Assembly (NCBI GenBank): GCA_017441205.1
Contig: JAFRYG010000047.1
Coordinates: 1-62,968, forward strand
DNA length: 62,968 bases
DNA from: Pseudomonadota bacterium
Lineage (GTDB): Bacteria > Myxococcota_A > Bradymonadia > UBA4248
Direction: 5' to 3'
Under the pieces are notes generated by a model that was not told where the DNA came from, ran no database searches, and worked only from the letters and a program-made list of their open reading frames with translations. Positions 18,817 to 30,135 of the stretch are shown one piece after another. The position numbers and the translations under genes were made by a program. How positions within the stretch are numbered: the stretch's first letter is position 1; each line of letters starts with the position of its first letter.

Positions 18817-19518
18817 ATTCCGGCGCGTCCCCGACTGCTTCGTATCGCGCGCCAATGCGACGAGCCTGTCAACATGCTCATTATGGCGAATTCCGACATG
18901 AGCCTTGACTTTAAGAAGCTGCAAATTCCTGCATTTGCGCATTTCTTCCCTAACCTGCGCAATCAGCTCCTGGTTTTTGTTTGCCTTCATCGTTCCGGTC
19001 AAAACGCCGATCGCATACTTTGAATCCGAATACAGCAATATCGGCAAATCCTTATTCTTCACATTTTCAAGCGCTCGCAAAATCGCCGTCAGTTCTGCGA
19101 TATTATTGGTCGATTTGCCCAGATATTCCCATATTTCAAGCGAATGAGTGCCGTACATCATCAATACGCCGAAACCGGCCGGACCGGGATTCGGACTTGC
19201 CCCGCCATCCGTATAAATGACGATCGTATTGGGAGGGATCGTATCATCGGCAGCAGCAGGCTCAACCGAGGTCACTGGCGTCTGGTGTTTTTTGGGCGCG
19301 CGCGCAGCATGTGGCGCAGAAGGCGGTCTCAGTTCAACAGGTTCAACGCCGGGTATCATCGTCAGATTGCCGCGCCCCGTCTGATATTCGGCGGCATCTT
19401 CCTGAGCCTGATAGCGATAGCGCGCCATGCCATTGGCATCTGCAATCAAATTCTGATTCTGATCTACATAGACGTAAACCTTGATTTTTTGCTTAAAAAG
19501 CATCCTGAGCCACGGCAT
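18811..19518 (-). CDS. rnhA: ribonuclease HI with N-terminal extra domain
   Basis: IYTDGGASPNPGPAG, TNNIAELTA, SDSKY, KVKAHVG..NEHVDRL. Confidence 0.9.
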   Translation of the reverse strand: MPWLRMLFKQKIKVYVYVDQNQNLIADANGMARYRYQAQEDAAEYQTGRGNLTMIPGVEPVELRPPSAPHAARAPKKHQTPVTSVEPAAADDTIPPNTIVIYTDGGASPNPGPAGFGVLMMYGTHSLEIWEYLGKSTNNIAELTAILRALENVKNKDLPILLYSDSKYAIGVLTGTMKANKNQELIAQVREEMRKCRNLQLLKVKAHVGIRHNEHVDRLVALARDTKQSGTRRNS

Positions 19519-19583
19519 GAAAACACCTCACAAACGTCCTGATGCATCCCTGTCCCATTCAGAAAACAAAGGCATGCCCTGGC

Positions 19584-21706
<2,123 letters not shown>

Positions 21707-21707
<1 letters not shown>

Positions 21708-22360
21708 TACTGCTCCTGTGGGGCTTCGGATGATTCTTCACCATTTGTCGGGGCGGCATCACCATTCTCGTTCCATGCACCTTCTGTATAGATCGACTGC
21801 CCCTTCAGATAACATGCTGCAGCCAGAACGATCGTACTTCCGGCACACTTTTCTGTACAGGAATCCAGTTGTTTTTCAGTCTCATCTTCCGAGATCGCCT
21901 GTTTTTCGATCTGCTCGGACATTTGTTCGGCACAGGGAATTGCGCATGCCTCATCCACTGCATTGTCACGGGCTTCCTCAAGGGTAGGACCAGCAGCCTG
22001 AGCTGTATAAAGCGAACCACCTTCGTCGATCTTCACTTCGCAATGCACAAATTCATCCAGAAATGCATCCGCCGAAACAGATTCTGACGAAGTCTGTTCA
22101 ACGACTTCCCCTTTGGCCTCTCCCGACGGAGAGGCAGTTTCGGACGCTGGCGCTGCAGGCTGAGAATCGTCAGATTCCGGCTTATCCGCTTTAGGCTCCT
22201 GAGCAGCTTTCTCTTCAGAAGAAACATCCTTATCCGATGCTCCACTCCCCTCATGAACCGCAGCACCTTCTGCATTCTGAGCCGATGTCTGCGACACACT
22301 GCAGCCCCCCATCAGAACCAAAACACAAGCCGTACATACGATTGAACAAAACCATTTCAT
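21707..22360 (-). CDS. Cys-containing lipoprotein of unknown function, overlapping the kinase start
   Basis: Lipobox-like MGGC; 1-nt overlap with the kinase ATG. Confidence 0.7.
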
Positions 22361-22442
22361 CTCTGCTTATTCCTACAACCAAATACAAAATGCACACTAT
22401 GCCATAATATCAATACTATGAAATCCCCCTCTTTGTCAGTAA

Positions 22443-25169
22443 TCATTCGTCTTTTCGTTCAGACTTATTTCCAGCCAATGACCCATAGTCAATAACGACA
22501 TGCAAATCCTCATCCTGTTCAGGTACATGCACGGCATCATTTTTTTCGGCCTGCGCCTGAGCCTCTTCGAACTGCTGCTTTGCGACGGCCGCATGGAGAT
22601 CAAAATCTTCCACTTCATCATCCCGTACTGCGGTATTCGCATGAATCATGTCCAAATCCGTATAGGCAAATCCCTTGATAACCAGATCCTCCGGCGCAAC
22701 CTTCTCGGTCTGTTCATCCGGATCTGTCGATTCCGTCGGTTTGAGCTGAAGTTGTTCAATCACTGGCCTGGCAACGCCATTTCTGCGCAGTTCCTCCAAT
22801 TCCCGTTCCGCTTCCTCGCGCTCCCTAAGCGCCTGTTCCCGGGCGGCCGCCTGCTTTTCTGCCATCAGACGTTCCAAGCGAGCCTGATAGGATTCAGCAA
22901 CCTGAACTTCTTTTTCTGTGCCATCCAGCGCCAGCTTGAGCTTCTGGTTCTCAAGATGCTGTGCTTTCTTCTGTTCCTGCTCCAGCTCAAGTTCCCGAAG
23001 CTGTGCATCGTGATCAAGCTCAACGACGTAATTCCGACGCTCATCTTCCTGCTCAAAAAACTTCGAATAATCACGCCCCGAAACAGAAGCATCCGAATAC
23101 GTTTCGTCCGCATTCTGAGGTGTACTCTCCGATTCCCGAACCTGCTCAGGTTCAGCAACCTCCGCATGTACCGGCTCAGATGCCGGCACATCCTTTGACT
23201 CAGTCGGTTCTTCATCCAGAGACATCTGAAGATCAGATGCAGCTTCCTGCGTCGTCTCCTCAAAGAATTTCGAAAAATCTCGCCCCATCCCGGCCATTTC
23301 CGCGCGTTCACGGTCTTCCTCGGATTCAGCAGGCGCAGCAGCTTCCGGCTCTGCAATCTGCTCCGATTCCGGTTCTGGTTCCGGCTCCGGCTCATCCAAC
23401 GTCATTTTGAGCCCCGAAAGGACATGATGCTCCTTCTCAAAGAAATCGCTCGTAAACGTCTTGCTCTCGGTAACATCCTCACTGCCGTCATCGTATTTGG
23501 GAATTGCGTCTTCAGACAAATTATCGAAAAACGAAGCATAGCTCCGCCCGCTGTCTGCAGCCTGAACTGATTCCTCCTCCACATGTGTCCGAATTGAATC
23601 GTCTTCCTGGCTGTCCTGACTGAAGAAATCACTGAAATCCTTGTTTTCTGTGGGTTCAGGTCTGGGCGCATTTTCCTCATCCAGATTGGCCCGCAAAGAA
23701 TCATCTTCTCTGCTTTCCTGATTAAAGAAACCGCTGAAATCCTTGCCGGTATCGGATTGCCCATCTTCTTCGCCGGCATCTGCGCCGGGAATTCTTTCGT
23801 CACCTTCAAAAAATGAAGCATAATCGCGGGTTTCTCTCTCCTGAGTTTCGGATGCATCCTCATTGGCCTGTCGTGCTGCCGCATCCACACTGTCATCCTC
23901 AGAAAAGAAGTCGGCATAGGATTTCGGCTGTTTCGCTGCATCATCCGCATCTTCCCCTTCGTGCAGCGCAAGCTTCTCCTGCCCAAGTTTTTCCGGTTCA
24001 ACTGAAGTATGAGCTTCCTCTTCGGCAATGCCCTGCGCAATTTTTGCGCGCACGTATTCCTGTGCCCTGCGCTGTCTTTCTTCAAAAAGCTCGGCAGCCC
24101 TGGCTTCACTCGCCGCTTTCTCATCCTCATACGTATGATCCACGCCCATCTGATCGGGATCGATCCCCGCCTGTTCCAGAATGCGGCGCGTCTCTTCATC
24201 CAGTCCCGGAATCTCGATTCGGCGTTCCGGCATTTCTGTCAGACCGCGAATGAAATCACGGTATCCGGCAATCGCCCCATGATCCGGCAATTCAATGACT
24301 TCACCGCGCAGGACAGCCAATGCAATGATAGTCAGAATCGACATATCGAAATATTTGGGCGGCGGCATCTTATTGGGCGAAAGCCATGCATCCCCGGCAC
24401 GGCGCGCCTGTTCCTCTGCAAAAGCATCCGCCGCAGATGCCAGGATCTCCCCCACCATATCGAATTTTCCGCCGCAGATGCACGCCAGCGCCGTATTGAG
24501 CGAATCATAGCGCTTTATCTTTGCAAGCAAAGCGGTTGGCGGCATTCCTCGCAGGGAATCCCGGGCGCGCGCGTATGTGCTCAGTCCCAGCGTTGCCTCA
24601 TCATCAAATCCACGCCCAATGGCCGCGATGACTCCGGCATAGATCACAGCCGAAAGCCCGGTCAGTTCGACAAAATCCGCGCAAAATCCCCGCCGGAAAA
24701 ATGACGTCATCAGATTGGCTTCGCCCATGATATCTTCTGGTGCCGTCTGTCCCAAAACCATCATCAGCGGCAAACCATAAGTCGCCGAAAACTCGAGCGT
24801 CAGCATGGGCATGCCGCTCAATATACCAAGTTCGACCGGCACAATTCTGCGCGTCATGAACATCTCGGGCGGCTTGAGCTCCAGGTGCATCGTATGCTTG
24901 TCGTGCAAACAACGCGCAGCAAGAAAAGCATCATCGACGACCTCAAAAATGTCATCACCGGCCGCGTAGCGCAGCTGCATGCGCCATAAATACCAATCCA
25001 GATTACGGTAATCCGTTTCGTCACAATGTTTCTGGAAATACTCCGCACACTCAGCAAGACGGGCATCAACCGCTTCAATACTGATACCGGGAATTCGCGC
25101 TTCGCCTCTGGGCTGTGGTTCGTACTGAGGGGCCTCTTCTTTCGGTGTGTTCTGGGATTCGTCGCTCAT
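22443..25169 (-). CDS. hypothetical protein: helical N-terminal domain + long acidic tail with repeated (D/S)(F/Y)(S/A)xFF motifs
   Basis: Long ORF; start uncertain (25169/25175/25214). Confidence 0.75.
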   Translation of the reverse strand: MSDESQNTPKEEAPQYEPQPRGEARIPGISIEAVDARLAECAEYFQKHCDETDYRNLDWYLWRMQLRYAAGDDIFEVVDDAFLAARCLHDKHTMHLELKPPEMFMTRRIVPVELGILSGMPMLTLEFSATYGLPLMMVLGQTAPEDIMGEANLMTSFFRRGFCADFVELTGLSAVIYAGVIAAIGRGFDDEATLGLSTYARARDSLRGMPPTALLAKIKRYDSLNTALACICGGKFDMVGEILASAADAFAEEQARRAGDAWLSPNKMPPPKYFDMSILTIIALAVLRGEVIELPDHGAIAGYRDFIRGLTEMPERRIEIPGLDEETRRILEQAGIDPDQMGVDHTYEDEKAASEARAAELFEERQRRAQEYVRAKIAQGIAEEEAHTSVEPEKLGQEKLALHEGEDADDAAKQPKSYADFFSEDDSVDAAARQANEDASETQERETRDYASFFEGDERIPGADAGEEDGQSDTGKDFSGFFNQESREDDSLRANLDEENAPRPEPTENKDFSDFFSQDSQEDDSIRTHVEEESVQAADSGRSYASFFDNLSEDAIPKYDDGSEDVTESKTFTSDFFEKEHHVLSGLKMTLDEPEPEPEPESEQIAEPEAAAPAESEEDRERAEMAGMGRDFSKFFEETTQEAASDLQMSLDEEPTESKDVPASEPVHAEVAEPEQVRESESTPQNADETYSDASVSGRDYSKFFEQEDERRNYVVELDHDAQLRELELEQEQKKAQHLENQKLKLALDGTEKEVQVAESYQARLERLMAEKQAAAREQALREREEAERELEELRRNGVARPVIEQLQLKPTESTDPDEQTEKVAPEDLVIKGFAYTDLDMIHANTAVRDDEVEDFDLHAAVAKQQFEEAQAQAEKNDAVHVPEQDEDLHVVIDYGSLAGNKSERKDE

Positions 25170-25250
25170 AACCATGCCTTTCGGGGCTGTCACCCCCTGT
25201 TCCAAAATGCACAAACAGGCTGGTGCATTCAGCCAGCCTGTCGAAATACT

Positions 25251-27020
25251 CTAATCAATTCCCAATTGATCGCGGGTAAAATATGCCGGTTCAGAACCGT
25301 CATAACGCAAATCCCGTTTGGGTTCGAAATACACCAGCGGAGCCTCCCAGGCGTCACCGGCCCCGAACCACTTCGACAATCGCCTTGAAATCTGAACAAG
25401 ATGCGCAAAATCCGCAGCATATGGTGTTTCAATAAACCCAAGCCGGAATGCAGTTTCACGAACCTTCGGAAGCGGCACAACCCCCAGAGTCAAAGCATCT
25501 TCGCAGGTCAGAACGCCCATGGCGGCCAGTTCTCTGGCCATCCAGATGATTTCATAGGTCAGCAGGAAATTGCCGATATGCTGCCACAAGCCCATGACGA
25601 CTTCAGCCATAGACGCGCTTGCCAGCAGCCCCCTGACGCCGTCCTGCCCAAGATTTCTCAGGGCACGCCGAATGATCAGCAAATAGTGGAGATTGCCAAA
25701 ATCTTCCGCACGATTGCCCATACCGCCGTCGAGCAGAGCCATCAGAATATCATCCACGCTCTGGGAAGACCGAATCAGATTCGAATAGAATCCCATCTGT
25801 TCAAGCATGGCATAGGATTGACCGCCTTTATTGGTATTCAGGCGGCCGCCGTAACGGAAAAGCTGCAGAGCGAGTGCTGCAAGACGGAATAATCCATAGA
25901 CGGGATCTTCGTCAAAATAGTCTTTTGAAAAGCCATAATCGGCGGCCGTCAGCAGCTTGCCGCCCGGGCGCGATTGCCACCAGACGCGCACGGCGCGCAG
26001 ATTGTCTTCAACCAACGATTCGTCCAGACGAAACTGGGCAATTCTGACCGCCGGTGCACTTCCGGGTTCCCCTTCTTCATCCTCTTCCATCTCTTCATCT
26101 GCGGCCATAAATGCCTCTTTGACGAGCTGAAGCGGCGTTTCGTCGGCTTTGGGGACGATTGGCTGAACGATGACCTCGACGTGCGTCGTCGAAATCGGCA
26201 CCGAAACAGCCGGAACTGCGGCAACAACGGTTCCTGCGGCAGGCGCTGCCAAAACGGACTTCGGGGCAGATGCGGGCTTCAGATCCGCAACCGCCTCCGG
26301 TACAACGGCTTTCACCGGCTGCTCAGCATGCGCAGGTTCCGGCTCTGCCGCAGCAGCTGCTGCATCATCCGATTCTGCACCGTCGCTGCCGTCCTTATCA
26401 TCTGCTGGTGAAGACGATTCAGAGGCAGAGCTGGTGCTATCGTCATCATCGTCATCGTCACTCTCGGAATCCAGAAGATCATCCACATCGATGAGTTTAA
26501 TGACCTTGTCCATGGCTTCCTTACCCAGATCGCTCAAGCCCCATCGAATGCCGACGACCTTGATGTGCTCACTGGCTTCGAGCCACTGCATCCAGTAACG
26601 GAAATCCACCAGCGTCAGGTATGTGCCCGGATAGACGTAACTCGTCAGATAACGGTACATCTCATTCGTCGAATACAGTCGCTCCGCGATGCCATCCATG
26701 ACATATTTCATGAGAATTTCATTCTTCGCCGTCAGATGGGCAAAAAGATGTCTCTTGCGATCTTCCGGATCGATGATTTTCATGAGCTGATTGAGAAAAT
26801 CGCCGCATTTGACTTGCTTTTCATTTTCAAAATCAATGTTCAGAAAACGAAGCAATATCTCGAACCGCTCTTTGTCAAAAAAATCGTGCTCCTTAAAAAA
26901 GCGTTTCAAACCCTTGAGATCGGGCTTTTCCTTATTGATAAAATTCGCGATGAGCCCCAGTTTTGGCAAAAGTTCGGAGGCAGTACAGCCTGCCATTACC
27001 GCATAATTGACTTCCTGCAT
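25251..27020 (-). CDS. hypothetical two-domain protein with acidic/Ala-Pro linker
   Basis: 589-aa ORF co-oriented with its neighbours; family not recognised. Confidence 0.75.
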   Translation of the reverse strand: MQEVNYAVMAGCTASELLPKLGLIANFINKEKPDLKGLKRFFKEHDFFDKERFEILLRFLNIDFENEKQVKCGDFLNQLMKIIDPEDRKRHLFAHLTAKNEILMKYVMDGIAERLYSTNEMYRYLTSYVYPGTYLTLVDFRYWMQWLEASEHIKVVGIRWGLSDLGKEAMDKVIKLIDVDDLLDSESDDDDDDDSTSSASESSSPADDKDGSDGAESDDAAAAAAEPEPAHAEQPVKAVVPEAVADLKPASAPKSVLAAPAAGTVVAAVPAVSVPISTTHVEVIVQPIVPKADETPLQLVKEAFMAADEEMEEDEEGEPGSAPAVRIAQFRLDESLVEDNLRAVRVWWQSRPGGKLLTAADYGFSKDYFDEDPVYGLFRLAALALQLFRYGGRLNTNKGGQSYAMLEQMGFYSNLIRSSQSVDDILMALLDGGMGNRAEDFGNLHYLLIIRRALRNLGQDGVRGLLASASMAEVVMGLWQHIGNFLLTYEIIWMARELAAMGVLTCEDALTLGVVPLPKVRETAFRLGFIETPYAADFAHLVQISRRLSKWFGAGDAWEAPLVYFEPKRDLRYDGSEPAYFTRDQLGID

Positions 27021-27111
27021 GATTCAGCCCCAATTCGAGAAATAAAATTCTGCAAACGCAGATAAAATTCGTCTTACTTTACACGCTTGCGAGGCATTTT
27101 CGCAAGAATTG

Positions 27112-27191
27112 AAAAAGCCGACGTATCGCTCTGCGATAGTCGGCTTCAGGCCGGGCGTATCGTGAATGCAATGCATTCACGATAGCCGGCT
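27112..27191 (+). repeat. bulged-G CGTA/TAG hairpin element (2 hairpins)
   Basis: aaaaagccga CGTAT cgc-tct-gcg ATAG tcggctt cag gccggg CGTAT cgtgaatgca-a-tgcattcacg ATAG ccggc. Confidence 0.88.
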
Positions 27192-27209
27192 CAAAAACAC
27201 ATTCAAAGA

Positions 27210-27740
27210 TCAGTTGGATTTTTCATCCACCATGTTGCGAAGCAATGCATTGAAAGCTTCCATACCTTCATTGCGATTGGCCTTGGCAAAATAGCCGACG
27301 ACAAGGAATGCTGTCGGTTTTTCATCCTTGACCACGAATCCGAATATCGCCGTCGAAATGGACAAACCTGCCGACGAAAACTCATATTCCGCCAGTCTGC
27401 CAGTTCGCGTAGATCCGTTGGCCAGATCAAATTTATGCTCCTTTGCCGGCATTACAACAGTAAAATTACTATTCTTCAACTGTTCATAAAAAGCCTCAAA
27501 CAACTGCTCTCCATAGCTATCCCTGACGAGCGTACGCTTAAAGATTTCAATTCGATTTTCATTGTCTGTATCGACAAAAACGGCAATACGATAATTATTG
27601 ACATCAGATGTTTCGTTTACCCAGTGTTCAGGCGGTTGAATAACTACCGGAGAACTATTGGGGACCTGTGCTGATGCCGTAAAAACCATCCCGGTCAAAG
27701 CAAAAAGAACAAGCGAACCAATTATCAAAAAGCGCTTCAT
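27210..27740 (-). CDS. secreted protein (possibly PsbP/DcrB-like fold)
   Basis: Signal peptide ending ASA; IQPPEHW motif; RBS GAGG. Confidence 0.7.
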   Translation of the reverse strand: MKRFLIIGSLVLFALTGMVFTASAQVPNSSPVVIQPPEHWVNETSDVNNYRIAVFVDTDNENRIEIFKRTLVRDSYGEQLFEAFYEQLKNSNFTVVMPAKEHKFDLANGSTRTGRLAEYEFSSAGLSISTAIFGFVVKDEKPTAFLVVGYFAKANRNEGMEAFNALLRNMVDEKSN

Positions 27741-27828
27741 ATATAACCTCAGGATATGGGTCAGAATAACCAGACCGATTCAATTTATCTGTTTACTGAA
27801 ATTCAGGCAAGTTTAAGAATGAACGACC

Positions 27829-30126
27829 TCATTCCTTACTTTTTGCCCCTTTATGAATAATGACAGAGCGAGTTCGAACGCCGATTTCATCACCCGAAGA
27901 TGACTCCATGGAACGGACGGATTGCGAAAGCAAAGCTGTATCATCCATGCTGATGGTATCGTCTTCATTGCCGCCCTTTGGTGCCGTACTGGCAAATCCT
28001 TCAATGCTGCACAGTTCATCGAGCGTAATGCGAGCTGCCGGTTTCATTTTTTTGACGATCGAATCAGACTCATCCTTAATGGTCTGATTGATCTCGGATA
28101 TTGATGTTATGGATGGCGCATCAACCTTGGTTTTGGACGAAGCATCTTCATCAACTGCCATGTTCTGAGAGGAAGAGGCCCTGTTTACGGCTATGTTCTG
28201 TGAGGAAGAGGCCCTGTTTACGGCTATGTTCTGTGAGGAAGAGGCCTTATTTACAGCTATGTTCTGTGAGGAAGAGACCTTATTTACAGCTATGTTCTGA
28301 GAGGAAGAGACCCTGTTTACGGCTATGTTCTGAGAGGAAGAGACCTTATTTGCGGCTATGTTCTGTGAGGAAGAGGCTTTTATAGGCTGAACGATCGAAG
28401 GTGTTTTGGAACCGGAAGGCGTTTTGGAACCGGCCGGAGGATCGGACTTCGGAGCCTTACTCTCTGTGCTGTCCTGAACTTTGGGCTGATTATCCGAAGA
28501 CGGTGCAGGCACCGGAGCCATTTTCCGCGCAACGGGAGCCATGGGCTGAGTTTCGGAATTGCCGATATTGGCTCCTTTTGGCACGGCATTCGGCAAGGCA
28601 GCCAATGTTTCCGAAACCATGCCGCCGCCGGCAACGGCTGCCGCCGGAACTGCGCCGCCGGCAATGGCTGCCGCCGGAACCAGGGAATTCCGTGGTGCTT
28701 TGGCATGTTCGATAATAAAATTCAATGTCGTCTGAATGATCGATGCCACGGGAACCGCAAGGACCAGGCCGAGAATACCTGCAGCCATCTGACCGGCCAG
28801 TAATGCAAATATAATGATAACGGGGTGAAGGTTAGATGATGATCCCACGATCTTCGGGGTGAATATATTGGTATCCAAAAGATGGACGATGATGATGACG
28901 AGAAGAACGCAGCCTGCCATGGGAACACCCTTGACGAGGCCGAGCAGAACCGCGGGAATTGAACTGATGATCGTACCAAAAATGGGGACGATGCTGAGCA
29001 CACCGGCGATAATTCCGAGCAGCAATGCATAATCTATCTGCAGAAAAGCCAGTCCCAGACCGGTCAGCGTACCGTTGATACAGCATATAATGAGCTGACC
29101 GCGTACAACCCCCGAAAGGCCCCGGCCCAGTCGCTGCTTGTATTCCTCAAACAATTTGGTTTGCCTGTCGCTCGATTCAAAGAGCTTGTGGACTGCCCTC
29201 ATCAGACGCGGCGAATCGATGGAGATGAATGCAGCAAGCATGAAAACCAGAATGAACTGGATAAACGCATTGATGACAAACTCAATGACATTCTGCAAAA
29301 ATGACAGGGCACTGCCGGCATATTGCGTACTCGATTCGACGAACTCAATCGCGGATTTCTTGAGTTCACGCTCCAGATTGAAGGCATTCTCGGCAGTACC
29401 AGCCTTATCTTCAGTCTTGGGCTTGAGAATATAGGAACCATTCTGCCCCGATTCGAGGACGATGGCCTGATTCGCGCGTACTTCGAATTCACCTTTGGAA
29501 TTCTGCCGAAGGGTAAACAATATCGAAGCCCCATCATCCCTGTTATCCGCTTTGTCATGTTTATGACGCGCATTCGGTATATCCGGACGTTCCCCGGCAA
29601 CGAGCAGCGGCTTTTCTCCGCTCGTATCTACACTGGGTGGCGTGAGCTCATCAATATCAGCACTCGCGCGTTCAAACGACTCACTGATCTTTTCCCGGGC
29701 TTCCTCAACGGATTGTGCAACGTCCTTTGAATCCTTCCTGGAAAGCTTAAAGAGCATTTCATCCACAGACTGACTGATCCGGGGAATCTCATCACTTCTG
29801 ACTCTTTCCAGGAACTGGGGCAATTGCTCCGTTGCACGCGAGATTTCAGACGTCAGCGCGGGAATAAAGAGAAAACCAAAACCGGTCACCGATACGAGGA
29901 AAATTATATACGCACAGATCACTGCCACACCGCGCGGCAAATGGAACTTGCCAATGTGAATCTTATTCATCCGCGCAACCATCGGTTCGATCAGATACAC
30001 GACGATGAGCGCAATGATAAACGGAGTCATGATTTCGTGAAACAGAACGATCAGGATAAGCAGAATGATCGTCACCGTAATCAGAACGATATGCTCCCGA
30101 ATAAACCCAAACACATTGTGACTCAT
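27829..30126 (-). CDS. AI-2E (PerM/UPF0118) family transporter with large soluble insertion and repeat tail
   Basis: PFIIALIVVYLIEP, VRGQL, SIVPIFG, TPKIVG...LHPVIIIFALLAG...GILGLVLAVP. Confidence 0.9.
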   Translation of the reverse strand: MSHNVFGFIREHIVLITVTIILLILIVLFHEIMTPFIIALIVVYLIEPMVARMNKIHIGKFHLPRGVAVICAYIIFLVSVTGFGFLFIPALTSEISRATEQLPQFLERVRSDEIPRISQSVDEMLFKLSRKDSKDVAQSVEEAREKISESFERASADIDELTPPSVDTSGEKPLLVAGERPDIPNARHKHDKADNRDDGASILFTLRQNSKGEFEVRANQAIVLESGQNGSYILKPKTEDKAGTAENAFNLERELKKSAIEFVESSTQYAGSALSFLQNVIEFVINAFIQFILVFMLAAFISIDSPRLMRAVHKLFESSDRQTKLFEEYKQRLGRGLSGVVRGQLIICCINGTLTGLGLAFLQIDYALLLGIIAGVLSIVPIFGTIISSIPAVLLGLVKGVPMAGCVLLVIIIVHLLDTNIFTPKIVGSSSNLHPVIIIFALLAGQMAAGILGLVLAVPVASIIQTTLNFIIEHAKAPRNSLVPAAAIAGGAVPAAAVAGGGMVSETLAALPNAVPKGANIGNSETQPMAPVARKMAPVPAPSSDNQPKVQDSTESKAPKSDPPAGSKTPSGSKTPSIVQPIKASSSQNIAANKVSSSQNIAVNRVSSSQNIAVNKVSSSQNIAVNKASSSQNIAVNRASSSQNIAVNRASSSQNMAVDEDASSKTKVDAPSITSISEINQTIKDESDSIVKKMKPAARITLDELCSIEGFASTAPKGGNEDDTISMDDTALLSQSVRSMESSSGDEIGVRTRSVIIHKGAKSKE
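28151..28380 (-). repeat. 33-bp coding repeat ((A/V)SSSQNIAVN(K/R) x7)
   Basis: gctatgttctgtgaggaagaggccctgtttacg units. Confidence 0.92.
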
Positions 30127-30135
30127 AATACGCCC

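Noticed and set aside
18644-19023. ORFs with (N/H)Y(A/E)LCI repeats
   Set aside because: Translation artefacts of the heptamer array, overlapping rnhA antisense.
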